Shown here piece by piece: positions 43,801-57,292 of a stretch of DNA of 64,000 nucleotides. This DNA is from the human T2T-CHM13v2.0 reference genome, Homo sapiens. Position 1 is the stretch's first letter, and each line of letters starts with the position of its first letter. Under the pieces are notes generated by a model. The model was given only the letters and a program-made list of their open reading frames with translations. It did not search any database and was not told the DNA's origin. Location: the NCBI RefSeq assembly GCF_009914755.1, contig NC_060934.1; one strand, given 5' to 3'. Both the position numbers and the translations under genes were made by a program.

Positions 43801-44713
43801 TGTACTTTCTTCCAAGATAATGCATGTGAGAGCATCTGACACAATGCTTGGCACATAGTAGGTATTTGATTAGTTTTCACTGGATCTGTCCAATTCAAGC
43901 ACAAACCCAGCATTTCTGTATAGCCCTGAGGCCTTAGCGGCTCAATATCAGTAATACCTGTGCTGTTAAGATTCAACAAAATTGCAATAAAATGTATACA
44001 ACATTGACAAAATGTCATGCTGTCACACCTAGACGAAAATAAATTCACGATAAACTATCAAAGATAAAACTGCTTTTTGAGCATCAGGGGTTTCTTTCTC
44101 CTAGTTTGATCACAACTTCTGTATCCCTTGGCCCTCTATAGTATATCATCTAATTAACAGAATCTTCTGAGTAAAGATATGTCTTCCATTAAATATGCAT
44201 TTTTGAGTATCCCCTTAGCTGTTTACTGAATAAAATTGCCCTTCCTTTATTTAAGAAACATTTAACTATATCCCCTATGTCCAGGACATCATATCAAATC
44301 AATCATAAAATGATAAAGAGGAGAAGGCATATCCAATCAAAACTTGCATTTTAATGATCTAGTTGCAAATGCATATGCATAGAATTTAATGTACTGGAAT
44401 ATGCCTTCTTGGCTACCTATATAAGCTTAGATACCCTGAGGTGCTACTGTTCTCCGCAGCTCACTCATGTAGAAATAAGCTCCTCTAACTTCAGTCAAAT
44501 GCCTTTTTGTTCAGGTTATTCTCCCTAAGGATACCAGTTCTTTTCTCTTGGGAGTTCATGACAAGACAACAAAAAGCATTTTTTGAAATGAACTGAATTT
44601 GCACTATGGGTGAGGGAGAAGCTACAATATTTTATCTAGTCATTATTTTACAATGTGTAGAGTGTTTCAGATACGGTACAGAGCTCCCGCCTTCCAGAAG
44701 CCTAGAGTCCAGA

Positions 44714-44932
44714 GAAGGTGTCAGCCAGCTGTGGCCCATCTGGCCCTCTACCCGTTTTTGTAAATAAAGTTTTATTAGAACACAGCCACACCCATTCATT
44801 GAATTACTGTCTGTGGCTGTGTTTGCACTAAAATGGCAGTGTTGAGTAGTAGCAAAAGACAGTCTAGGGTCCCCAAAACCTAACATATTTTTGATTTGGC
44901 CTCTTACCAAGAAACTTTGCCAACCACCATTC
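44714..44932. mobile_element. MER58A hAT-Charlie MITE
   Basis: gtttttgtaaataaagttttattagaacacagccacacccattcatt...gttgagtagt...ctttgccaacc. Confidence 0.85.
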
Positions 44933-46670
44933 TAGGGGGAGGTCCTATGAGAAGGATTATGTAATGGGCATATTATGTAACTAGATATAAAACAAATAGG
45001 ATTATGGCATATAACCACCATAGAATTTTAAAATATGTTCAATTGCTGGATTAAAACTTGAGCTATCTCATGACTTTTTAAAGATTATTCTTAAATAATA
45101 AAATTCCTGTATTCACTGTAAGTTATAAAATACGGTCTCCATTCTAGAAGTCCAAACTCATGTAATAGCAAAAAATTTCAACTTCATTCCAAGTCATAAT
45201 TCCTTTCTCCCCTGAAAACTAGGGCCTGCTGGTTTCCTGCCTCTTGGGAAATGGTTTCTTCTGTCTTTCTTCCCCAGCTTGCTAACTCTGGTTTTTGTCA
45301 TTCTGGGGTTGGTGTGGGGTCAGGGGTGGGAGTGTGGAGAACAGGTCAGAGAAGCAAGAAAGTTATTACTTTACCAACAGGGTCATCATAGAGCTTTGGG
45401 CTTTCTGAATTTGGGCAGTTGTTCAAAGTTCTTTATCTTGTGGCACACTTTTGTGAGTTATTTGGAGGCCCTATTTCCCCACCTCCCCCAAGTTCCAGAG
45501 ATCTCTCACCTGGGTGGGTCGTCCACTGGCTTAACTGGTCATTTACTCCTTCCATAGCCTCTAAAGCGAGGCCAGCGCACCCCTCTGGCAGCTTGATTCA
45601 CATGTTCTAGGGTGACTTCACTGGCTCAGAGCCCTGGCAAGTGTGTCGTTTCATTTGCTCCAACAAACTCTAGACAAGCAGACAGGTCCCAGGGCCTCTT
45701 CCTTTGTTTCGATCTGTCCAACTGTAGCTGGCCAGACTGTCACTCTCATTTAGATTTCTCAATAGAGAGTCAAACACTAGTTTAGTCAGCTATGTCTGCC
45801 ACCCTCCTATATCCAGGGACACCTTTTAAAGCCTCCAAGGGGTCACCTGAAGCCACCTTCTCTTGACTCAAGCTGATGCAAGTACATCTCCCATTTTCCT
45901 GCTTGGCGGGGAGGTCCTCCTAAAACAGCTCTCTTCAGAGAAACTGGTCTCACAAATCCTTCCTCACCAAATCCACTTCTGACTTATTTTATGGCTTCGG
46001 TGTGAGGAAGGGACTTGAGAGTCCTGCAGCCAGTTTGGTTCATGATTTTTGCAAGTCTTCCCAGGTTGTCTATTTCACTCGGAACTTGGTCTCGATTGTA
46101 TCTGGGCGCCTCAGTCAAAACTTCCAATTTAACATAATATACAATTAGATCAAAGGCATCTGGACCAAAGAAGAAATAGATTATTTAAGGTGAGGTTGAA
46201 TCCAGGTCTGAGTTATGTTTCTAGGATGAAGAAGATGAACAAAAGAAAGAAGAGGAGGTATAGAAGGGAAATAAAGAACAAGATATTTGGAGTTTGAAGC
46301 TCAGAAGTTGGGGGAGATTTCTGGAAAATCTACATGCGTAGGTTGAGAGGCACTGACAGGGAAGGGAATTTACTATCTATGGAGTCCAGAGCTGACCAGG
46401 ATGTTCTACTTGCCCTCAAGCTGCTCCCAGAATAGCGAAGGAACCATCCAGGAGGATCATGGATGAAAAAAGCCTGGAAAATAGAAATGTTTCCAGGCTT
46501 TTAGAATGGACATGGAGCCTTCCATTGAAGTATGTCAAAACCACATTGTGTAAAGTGCTCTCACTTTTTATTTTCAAACACGTATAATAGGAAAATTTCC
46601 ATGTTGTGTGAAATGTTGTCAGCTCAAATGCCTAGTTTTTTAAATAAAAATGAATGATATAAATCATCCT

Positions 46671-47000
46671 GGGTTGGGCATAGTGGCTCATGCCTGTAAT
46701 CCCAGCACTTCAACAGCTCATGTCTGTAATCTCAGCACTTGGAAGGCTAAGGTGGGTGGATCTCTTGAGCCCAGGAGTTCGAGACTGGCCTGGGCAACAT
46801 AGCGAAACCCCATCTCTACAAAAAATACAAAAACAATTTGCTGAGTGTGGCTGTATGTGCCTGTAGTCCCAGCTCCTGGAGAAGCTGAGGTGGAAGGATC
46901 ACTTGATCCAAGGAGGCAGAGATTGCAGTGAGATAGCACCACTGCACTCTAGCCTGGGTGACAGAGCAAACTTTGTCTAAAAAAGAAAATAAAATAAAAT
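46671..47000 (+). mobile_element. AluJ with duplicated 5' segment
   Basis: gctcatg(c/t)ctgtaatc(c/t)cagcactt present twice; TSD aaatcat(c/t)ct. Confidence 0.93.
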
Positions 47001-47944
47001 CCAAAAAATCATTCTATGTTTGTATGTCTATCACGGCAATTTGGACATCAACACACATTGCCAACTTCAGTAACAGGAACTTGAAAACTCAAAGCTGTTA
47101 AAATGTTAACTTCTGCACTTCGCCCTTTGAGGGTTTGAACTGACCTTAAAACACCCTGCAGAAGTAAGACTGAAATGGTGCATTAGGAGTTATTCATCAC
47201 ATTGGGAAGGAACAAGAATCATTGAAGTCATTGCTTTAAGAGTAATGCAATCTTCCTCCATTGTCCCAAACCTTCAGGAAAATTCTACTACACACTAACG
47301 CCTTGTGCTGGAGATACCTAGAGGTCAAAGAGTGGGAGTGTGTTTTATACTCAGCAATGACTTCAGGCTGTACTTGGAGCGTGTCTGCACTTAAAAGTCC
47401 CCACCATTTCCACCAAGGGAATTGTTCCTGAGTTGTGTTTATCCCTGGTCTCCATTTTCCCATGATTTTATTGGAACTCTTGTTCTTTTTACTAGAAGAG
47501 GGCTTCCAATAATAACATCTTTGTGTATCTTTTATGCATAGAGGTTTTTCTCTCTACCCCTTCCCCAAACTACTTTAGGTCTGACTTTGGGTGCCCCAAA
47601 AGGCAGGAAGAGCCTCCCTATGTAAACAGTCTCTGACTTGAGACTCTACCTTTTAGTAACAGCAGTGATATAAACCTTGAAATTAATTATCTTTTCTGTA
47701 TCTGGGTCAAATTCTTAGGCACTGTTCTCTTTCCACCAATCTCTAGGGCCATGGAGATAAGAGAGATATCTACAGCGGGGATAAGAGAGATATCTACAGA
47801 GACACAAATGAGATAGAGACTCAGTTGAAGCAGGAAATCAGAACACTTGGGGACCAGGAGAGACATCAGCCTTCTGGGAAGCCCTGGAGAGAAGAATGTG
47901 GGGTCAGCTGGTGATGAACACTGGCTTTCCATCACCGGGAGATG

Positions 47945-48410
47945 GGAGCTTGAGACATTTTTATTTGCATACTAAAGGTCAGGGTGACTTCCTTAGTCCA
48001 GATGACTGGGGAATGTGCATCCAATGGGATTGATACTGGGTTCCATGTAGAGGGCAGAATTTTAAGCCTGAGTGAAGCCAAAATGAGATTTGCATATTTA
48101 AAAGTTTACTGAGGTCACTGGATTAAGGATGGATTGAGAGGATGTCAGCTGGAGACCAGAAGAGGCTATTACAATAATCCAAGCATGAAAGAATTCATGA
48201 AGAGCTAAATTACTCCATTGGCATGGGGAACAGAGATGAGAGAGCTGCGTTCAAGACAATTAAAATGCACCATTTCTAGGAGCTGATGATAGATTGGCTG
48301 TTGAGATGGGAGAGGGAGGGAGGAATCATAGGTCCTCTCACACTTCTGGCTTGGGTGACTAGGAGAATTTTAATTCCATGCACTGAGACGGGAAAGAACA
48401 GATTTGTAGG
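47945..48410 (-). mobile_element. L2 fragment
   Basis: ttttaagc...gagatttgcatatttaaaag...agaggctattacaataatccaag...cttctggcttgggtgact. Confidence 0.6.
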
Positions 48411-48664
48411 GAAACGTGTCTATCTCTTTGGTGGCCAAAAGGTGGGACTATGAGAATCAAGGTAGAAAAAAATATTGTGGGATGGGTTTGAACTAGGTTA
48501 ACAAAACCAAAACATCCAGAAGGGAGGAAATTCTGAGTAAGGTGTAAGTCCTAAAAGTCTATTGTAGTCTATTATATTTCAAAGTCTATTATGTTTTTTC
48601 ATACAAATAGCAATAGCCCATTAAAATAGAGTTGCTAAATCTTCACTATAGAACATAAAAGTAC

Positions 48665-48838
<174 letters not shown>

Positions 48839-49149
48839 TACTGTGATACTGTTAAAGCATTGTCAGTTCTTTGCTCTTAATCCCCTAGGAAGGAGTCCTG
48901 ATGGTAGCAGAAAGTGACATTAAAAATGACAGGTAAAGAAAAGGTGCCATCCTAATTCTTCTGCCTGGCATCTTCTTCCTTTTCATTTTTTCTATTTTCT
49001 TTTCATCTGCAAACTCACTCCTCCCTTTAGATTCAGCTTGCATTCTAGCTTCCTTGGGGAACTATAAATCACTAAATCTTCCCCAAAATACTTATCCCAC
49101 AGGGATAGGCACATGAACAATTAACAAACTATTAATTGGACAGTCAGTG

Positions 49150-49475
49150 AAAATACCACAGACCTGTTGTACCCACCCAGTGATTGGTTCAGGAATGTTT
49201 GTGTTCCAAGCAGCACCAATCAAATTCTTCCCTTTGATGGCTCTAAGGAGGTTGAAGGATATCAGCTGTCTTTCTGCTAGACTTGTTATACATTGAGAGA
49301 AAAGAGTCTGTGGTTGCTTGGTGCCATTATGTCCCCTTGGTAAGACTTTGAAGCCAATGATATCTCTCGATTTCCTGGTTATGTTAGCCAATAAATTTCT
49401 TCGTCCCCTCCTTTTTACATTTTCTCAAAATAACTTGAGGTTTTTCTTTTTATTTGTGAGCACAAGAAGTCTGAA
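49150..49475 (+). mobile_element. Old MaLR LTR fragment (MLT1J/K-like)
   Basis: gtgattggttcaggaatg...accaatca; 3' ttagccaataaatttc...gaggtttttc. Confidence 0.45.
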
Positions 49476-49529
49476 AAGCTTCCCTATTCCAAAGTTAATG
49501 GTCCTCGCATTGATGCCTCCACTACTATA

Positions 49530-49860
49530 TTGAGGTGTCATTCACAAACCATGTGCTTCATCCTTTAAGTACAATTCAGTGGTTTTAATACTTTCACAGA
49601 GCTGTGCAACCATTACCATTATTAATTTTTTTTTTAATTTTATTATCCCAAAAAGCATATCCATACCTGTTAGCAGTCAGTCCTCACTCCCCTGGCAGTC
49701 TTTATTTCTCTATGGATTTGCCTATTCTGGACAGTTCGTACAAATGGAATTATACATGTGACCTTTGTGTCTGGCTTCTTCCATTTACCACAGTGCTTTC
49801 CAGGCTCATCCATGTAGCATTGTATATTAGTCAGGGTTCTCCAGAGGGGAAGAACCAATA

Positions 49861-49908
<48 letters not shown>

Positions 49909-51295
49909 GGAAGATTATTAAGGAGAATTGGCTCACATGATCACAAGGCAAAGTCCCATAATATGCCATCTGCAAGCTGAGAAGGTAGGAAGCCAGTAGT
50001 GGCTCAGTCCAAGTTCAAGAGCCTCAAAGTAGGGAAACCGACAGTGCAGCCTTCGGTCTGTGGCCAAAGGCCTGACAGCCTCTGGCAAACCACTGGTGTA
50101 AGTCCAAGAGTCCAAGCGCCAAAGAACCTGGAGTCTGATGTCCAAGGGCAGGAGGAAGACTCCAGCAAAGGATAAAGATGAAAGTGAGAAGACTCAGCAG
50201 GCAAGTTCATCCCACCTTCTCCCACCCGCTTTGTTCTAGCCGCACTGGGAGCCGATTGGATGGTGCCCACCCATGGTGAGGGTGGGTCTTCCTCTCCCAG
50301 TCCACAGACTCAAATGTTAATCTCCTCTGGCAACCCCCTCACAGAAACACCCAGAAACAATACTTTACCAGCTGTCTATGAATCTCTCAATCCAATGAAG
50401 TTGACACCTAAAATTAACCACCACAAGTGTATATTATTTCATCATTTCTAACCACCACAAGTGTGTATTATTTCATCACTTCTTTTTATGCCCACTTATT
50501 CCTCATTTGGCTTATCTGTTCATCAATTGATGGACATTAGCATTGTTTGCACTTTTTGACTATTTTCAATAATGCTGCTACAAACATTTGTGTACAAGTT
50601 TTTGTGTGGGCATATGTTTTCAGTTCTCCTGGGTCCATACCTGGGAGTGGAATTGCTGGATCATGTGATAACTGTATTTCACCTTTTCAGGAACTGCCAG
50701 ACACTCTTCCAAAGTTGGGTGCACCATTTCACATTCCCACCAGGAATATATGAATGTTCCCGTTTTTTCACATCCTCACCATCACTTCTCATTATCTGTC
50801 TTTTTGATTATGCCATTTGAAGTGGCATAAAGTGGTCTCTCACTGTGGTTTTGATTTGCATTTTCCTGATGGCTAATGATGTCAAGCACCCCTTCATGTG
50901 CTTATTGTCCATTTGTAAGTCTTTTTTGGGAAATGTCTATTTTAACTCTCTGCTTGTCTTTAAATTGGGTTATTTTTCCTTTTATTGTTGGGTTGTAAGA
51001 GTTCTTCATATATCATTCTGGATAGAAGTCTCTTATCAGATATATGATTTTCAAATATGTTTTTTCTTTTCTGTAGGGTTTTTTTTTTTTTTACTTTATG
51101 GTGTTCCTTGGAGCACGAAAGTCTTTAATTTTGATGAAGACCAATTTAGCTATTTTTCTTTTGTCACTTATGCTCTTGGTGCTTTATCTAAGAACCCATT
51201 GCTTCATCCACAATACAAAGACTTATATCTCTGCTTTCTTCTAAGAGCTGTATAGTTTTAGGTCTATGAACCATTTTGAATTCATTTTTGTATCT
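49530..51295 (-). mobile_element. L1MB-type 3' region interrupted by an MLT2A LTR
   Basis: ggatttgcctattctggaca...tgtgtctggcttctt; ggagtggaattgctggatcat; gttttgatttgcattttcctgatggctaatgatgt. Confidence 0.9.
49822..50425 (-). mobile_element. MLT2A (MLT2A2-like) ERVL solo LTR with internal (TA)n
   Basis: tattagtcagggttctccagag...ggctcacatgatcacaagg...gaacctggagtctgatgt...aagttgacacctaaaattaaccaccaca; (TA)n at 49863-49904. Confidence 0.92.
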
Positions 51296-51384
51296 GACTG
51301 CATTTTGCATCTCCATCTTTTTGCACTTGCCCAGTTGCACTATAATTTCTGGTACACATGCATCCTAAGTATATTTTTTCAGAT

Positions 51385-52145
51385 AATGTTAATAAATACA
51401 GACCCTCAAAAATATTCTGAGCTTAAATAAATTTGGGAAAAATCTGCATAGCAAATTTTCCTTTTGAAGCTTCACAGTACAAACCTGCTCATTAAAAGCT
51501 CTAAATGGATAGGAGTAAAGAAGCCTGTTTCATTTCATTTAATCTGATGTTTACAAATACCACAGTCTGGTGGATGCTAGGATGTACATCCCAGACACCC
51601 CTTTAGGAATGAAGGATCTGTTGCCCCAGCTGCTGGTGGTACCCACGGAAACCTCTCCTTACCTCTCCTTTGGGGATTTGCTCAGCTGAAAAGAGCTACC
51701 TTGCCCAAGGTCATGCCCACTTCCTGGGATGGATCACATCCAGTAACCGATTGGCTTGGAGACCTAAAGGCATGGTCATCTCGACCCAACTCAGGACATC
51801 CTTGAAGGGTCTTCTGATCATCAGAACTCCCTGCAGTGTCAGTTGAGGCTTGCCCTAAGACTGCATTGCCACTCAGTTTTCTGCCTTTCTAATCCTACTT
51901 TCTTCCCTTCCCTTCCCTTCCCTTCCCTTCCCTTCCCTTCCCTTCCCTTCCCTTCCCTTCCCCAGGTGTTGATCTTAAGAGCATGCCCTAAGAATCTCTT
52001 CATGCAAAAATACATCTTAGCATCTAGTTCTAGAACCCAACCTGAGGCAAAAAGTCTTTCCCAAACAGATTGAAATATGAAATGTAATTTTTAGAAAACA
52101 TCTGCCTCTTGGAAAAGTATTTCAAAACAGCAGTTTTGAAAATGC
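51385..52145. mobile_element. MER103C-like element split by an LTR16
   Basis: aaataaatttgggaaa...cttcacagtaca...attaaaagctct...agtaaagaagcctgttt. Confidence 0.55.
51570..52050 (+). mobile_element. LTR16 (C-like) ERVL solo LTR with (TTCCC)n expansion
   Basis: ttgccccagctgctgg...ctcagctgaaaagagctaccttgcccaaggtcatgccc...ccaactcaggaca...aacccaacctgaggca; (ttccc)n at 51903-51962. Confidence 0.75.
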
Positions 52146-52692
52146 ACTCCAGTAGAACAAAACTTGCAACCAGAAGAACTGATGTGAATTCGCATGTGTT
52201 TGTTGGCGAGCCATTTTATGTTCATCTAGTCACCTATTCTGCCTGAGTTTTAGTTTCTCACCGATAAAAAACACCAGCAAATCCTCTCACAGGATTGTGA
52301 ACATGCCTAGCACAGTGATTAGATAATGTATCACAAACAGCTCCATGGGGGCAGGATTTTTGCCTGTTTTATATACTACTACATCCCAAATGGCTGGAAT
52401 TGTTTTTTGCATATAGTAAGCATTTAATAAATATTTGTTAAATTAACTAAGTAAATAGCAGACACCAAGCCTTTGATGCATATTTTCAGTCCATAGGACA
52501 TAGTCATTTGTGAAAGGGAATAAGTGAGGATTAGTTCAGTATAAATTATGAAAGAGCTGCTTATTGACCTTTTCTATATGAATTGGGTAGCCATGAAAAT
52601 ATCAGCACCATTATTAAGGAGGATTTTTTGGGCAATGTCCCACAGACCTTTACGTAGAGGCAACAATTGATTTTGCTGACCTTTCTTGTAAC

Positions 52693-52989
52693 TTTTTTTT
52701 TTTTTTTCTGAGACGGAATCTCGCTGTGTCACCCAAGCTGGAGTGCAGTGGCGCGATCTCTGCTCACTGCAACCTCACCTCCCGTGTTCAAGTGATTCTC
52801 CTGCCTCAGCTCCCCCAGTAGTTGGGACTACAGGCGCCCGCCACCACACCCAGATAATTTTTGTATTTTAGTAGAGAAGGGATTTCACCATGTTGGTCAG
52901 GCTGGTCTTGAACTCCTGACATCAGGTGATCCACCCACCTCAACCTCCTAAAGTGCTGGGATTACAGGCGTGAGCCACCACGCCAGCCC
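52693..52989 (-). mobile_element. AluSx-like, full length
   Basis: Antisense dimer; TSD cctttcttgtaa. Confidence 0.95.
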
Positions 52990-53202
52990 TTTCTTGTAAT
53001 TTTTGAAGTGAGTCACATTCTTAAGAATATAAGCTAAAAAGTCACTTACATTGGCTATTGTATTAGATTAAAGCAAACTTCATAAAGTCACAATAAAGTG
53101 ATTTTTGAAGGATTGTTGACTTAAATGGTAAGATGTCTTGAACCTATTGAGAAGAATCAAAATGTCACAGCATTTTTTTTTTTTTTTTTTTGCGTGTTGT
53201 AT

Positions 53203-53649
53203 TGTAGAAGCCAAGGGAAACCTTCTTTGCCCTCTGAAGGTTCACTGAAAATCACCCACAAGAGGTAGACTCATTGGTAAAAAGGCATGCAAATTTATTA
53301 ACGTCTTCAAGAGCCTTCAGAATGAAGACCCAGAGATCTAAGGCTAGTAGACAGAGTGGGGAAAACCCAGCAAGGCCTGTCTGTCTAGGTTCTTCTTGGC
53401 CTCTCTGAGCATGCATCCCTTCCTTCTGGGGAACGACCCTCTCTGCAGTAAGGGTCTTTGGTTTTATGGCTGGCTTTGGGGAAAAGGGGCTCTGGTTTCT
53501 CTGACTTGCCTTGGGGAAGAGGGATTCTAGTTTCTTTGGCTCCCAAGGGAGGAGAATAGGACTGACAGATGGGAGGGCAAGAGAAGGTCAGAGACAAATT
53601 TTTGCTTCTGAGGGTTTCATCTTGGAGTGTTGGTTTCTGAGTTCCAACG
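53203..53649 (-). mobile_element. MER39-like ERV1 solo LTR
   Basis: ctctgaaggttcactgaaaatcac...gcaaggcctgtctg...ggaagagggattctagtttct...ggtttctgagttccaac. Confidence 0.75.
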
Positions 53650-54087
53650 GTAGCATAAACAGGACAAAGAAATTCTATGTGATTTAGCACATCTCAGGGC
53701 TTATGGTGGAAGAAGCCATTTCCCACTGGTAGCGACATTGGAGAGCAAGAGTGAACCCCCCCAACCAAGGCTGCATTGCTTGTGTTGGATGTTATGCATG
53801 ATCTGCTAAAATACATAGTCTCTTTCTCTATGAAAATTTCAGCTCACAGACAACAACAGAAGCACGAGCACCTTCTAGACTCAGCAAAGGTTTGGGGACA
53901 TTGCTCTCACCTCTCAGGCATAACCTAGCAGGAGAAAAAACTTACTATCATCAACTCCAAAGAAGAACAGGGAAGAGAGCCACATGGAGAGATCCAATCC
54001 AGCAGAGACAGAACACAGAAGAGGAAGCTGCTGATTGTCACCAGAGCTCAGGAAGCCACCTCAGAGAAGGTGTCACCTGAATTGCGT

Positions 54088-54595
54088 TTTTTTCCCCTTA
54101 GATTTATTGAGGTATAATTGACAAATAAAATTGTATATATTTGAGGCATACAACATGATCATTTGATACATGCATGCATTATGAAATGATTACCACAATC
54201 GAGTTAATTGACACATCCATCACCCCACATGGTTACCTTTTTTCTTTCTTGGTGAGAACACTTAAGATCTATTCCCATACCAAATTTCGAGTATATGCTA
54301 TAATATCATTAACTGTCAGCATCATAACTGGATCCCAAGAACTTAGTCATCTTATAATTGAAAGTTTGCACTTTTCCGCCAACATCTTCCATTCCCCAAC
54401 CTCCAGCCCCTGGAAACCACCATTCTACTCTCTGTTTCTATGATTTCAATTTATTTCTTTTTCTTTTTTTAAGATTCCACATATAAGTGACACCATGCAG
54501 CAATTGTCTTTCTTAATTCACTTGACATAATGCCTTCCATGTTCACCTAGGATTTCCTTCTTTCTCTTCCTTCCTTCCTTTCTTTCTTTCTTTTT

Positions 54596-54648
<53 letters not shown>

Positions 54649-54666
54649 TTTCTTTCTTTCTTTCTT

Positions 54667-54702
<36 letters not shown>

Positions 54703-55330
54703 CCTTTTTTTGGAGTGGGGAGGGGACAGGGTCTGGTTTTGTTGCCCAGGCTGAGTGCAGTGGTGTGATCACGGCTCACTGCAGCCTCAACCACCCTGGG
54801 CTCAGGTGACCCTCCCGCCTCAGCCTCCAGACTAGCTGGGACCATAGGCGTACCTGCACACCAGGCTAATTTTTGTATTTTTGTAAAGATGAGATTTTTG
54901 CCATGTTGCTCAGATTGCTCTCAAACTCCTGGGCTCAAGCAATCTGCTTGCTTCAACCTCTCAAAGTACTGGGATTACAAGTGTGAGCCACTGTGCCCAG
55001 CCTCCTTTTTTATTGCTGAATAATATTCCATTTTATATATATGTGTGTGTATATATGACATTTATATATCATATATAACTTACATATGCTATATATTATA
55101 TATATGTATAAAACTTTACACTAAGGGTCCACTGATGAACACTTAGGCTGATTCTATATTTTGGCTATTGTGAATTGTGCTGCAATGAACATGGCAGTGC
55201 AGGCATCTCTTTGCGATAGTGATTTCATGTCCTTTGGATACATGCAGAAGTGGGATTACTGGATCACTTGGTAGTTCTATGGTGAATTTTTTGACAAGCC
55301 TCTATACTGTATTTCATAATGGCTTTACCA
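54088..55330 (-). mobile_element. L1MA-type 3' end interrupted by an AluJ
   Basis: tttattgaggtataattgacaaataaaattgtatatatt...gtgagaacacttaagatct; resumes ...gctgcaatgaacatgg..agaagtgggattactggatca. Confidence 0.9.
54555..55003 (-). mobile_element. AluJ whose tail expanded into (TTTC)n/(TC)n
   Basis: ~150-bp pure pyrimidine tract 54553-54711 followed by antisense AluJ. Confidence 0.92.
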
Positions 55331-55628
55331 CTTGAATTGTGTCTTATAGACTAAATATAATTTCTGATAGACCAGGAGGTGAGGGAAAGGCATTCCAGGG
55401 GAGAAAAAGAACCAGCCTGGAAACTGAGAGAGACTGGATATAAAGTGATGAGCAATGAGGATGAAATCAGATTGTGATAGGAATTAGAGCTTTATCAACA
55501 TGCTATTACATCCAACTGATCGCCGAATTATCAATTACCTTCTAGAGTTCTCACATTGTATCTCACGCCCCAGGTCCTCTGCAAACTTTTTAACTCCTTG
55601 AGGGCAGCTATAAAAACATACAGAAAAT

Positions 55629-55925
55629 AGCTGGGCGTGGTGGCTCCACCTGTAATCCCAGCACTTTGGGAGGCTGAGGCAGGTGGATCACCTGAAGTCA
55701 GGACTTTGAGACCAGCCTGGCCAGCATAGTGAAACCTTGTCTCTACTAAAAATACAAAAATTAGCTGGCTGTGGTGGCGTGCGCCTGTAATCCCTGCTAC
55801 TCTGAGGCAGAAGAATCGCCTCAACCTGGGAAGCAGGAATTGCAGTGAGCTGAGATCGTGCCGCTGTACTCCAGCCCTGGGCAATACAGTGAGACTCCAT
55901 CTCAAAATAAATACACAAATAAATT
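55629..55925 (+). mobile_element. AluS
   Basis: ggatcacctgaagtcagg...ttgcagtgagctgagatc...gagactccatctcaaaa. Confidence 0.93.
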
Positions 55926-56134
55926 AACGTATTGAAAGGTTGGACTCCTGGCAGCATTATCTCTCTGGAATGAAACTTCAAATGTCAAAATAAATGAAAC
56001 TGAAAGCGAGGAGAGAGACAGAGAGAAAGAAGGGAAAAAGAAAAAGGAGGAGGAGGAGGAAGAAGAAGAGAAGGACAAAGAAAAGAGGCAGAGTCAAAGC
56101 AAAAACCTTCTGTGAAACCCTATTACAAAGTATG

Positions 56135-56300
56135 TGCTTAGGAGACAAGTGAGGTTTGAATCTTGATCCTGGCACTTGTGAAGTATGGGACCTCGCTGAG
56201 GCCCCATTTCCTCCTGTGCAAAATGAGCAAGGCCCGCTCTAGCAGGGGACTGGATGAAACATACAGGAAGTGCTTGGCGCGCAGCCTGACGCAGTGGGAG
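56135..56300 (+). mobile_element. MIR SINE, degraded
   Basis: ggtttgaatcttgatcctggcactt...ctgaggccccatttcctcctgtgcaaaatg. Confidence 0.55.
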
Positions 56301-56818
56301 GGCCAGTCTGTGTTACCTGCTGGTGAAGCGAGTGGGAGCAGGTGCTGCTTGCCGGGTGCTAGACCTCAGTTTTTCTCAAAAGACAGGTTCTTATTTTCTC
56401 ACTCTGAGTCTGCTGACTCGCTATCAGAATGAGATTTTTAATCACTTTGCTTGTTTGCCTTTGGCATAGTAAGGCAAGGATGTAAAGATTATCATAGGAA
56501 GAGTCTCTAGGGTCATAAATGCTTGCCGCAAGACCAACAAAGGGAAGAAGTGACAACAGAGCAGATGCGTGTCTACGGAATAGACTGTGCACGCATGGTG
56601 ATGGCTTAGAGCATAGGGTCATGGTCACTGTGCCTAACAGTGGCCCTGTGTTGGTATGAAAAGGCTAAATTCCTTCATTCAATCTGAACCCCTTCCATAT
56701 TCAAAGCTTTATGAAAGATATGGGGATTGTACAGATATGGAAATCATACAGATGAATAAGGCAGTCGTTTTAAACAGTTGTGACAAGTGAGTCTATAAGG
56801 CAATTTGGAAATTTTCTA

Positions 56819-57292
<474 letters not shown>

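Noticed and set aside
50845-51255. 136-aa hydrophobic ORF
   Set aside because: Antisense reading of a T-rich L1 sequence.
54518-54845. Lys/Glu/Arg-rich ORFs
   Set aside because: Translation of the (GAAA)n Alu-tail microsatellite.
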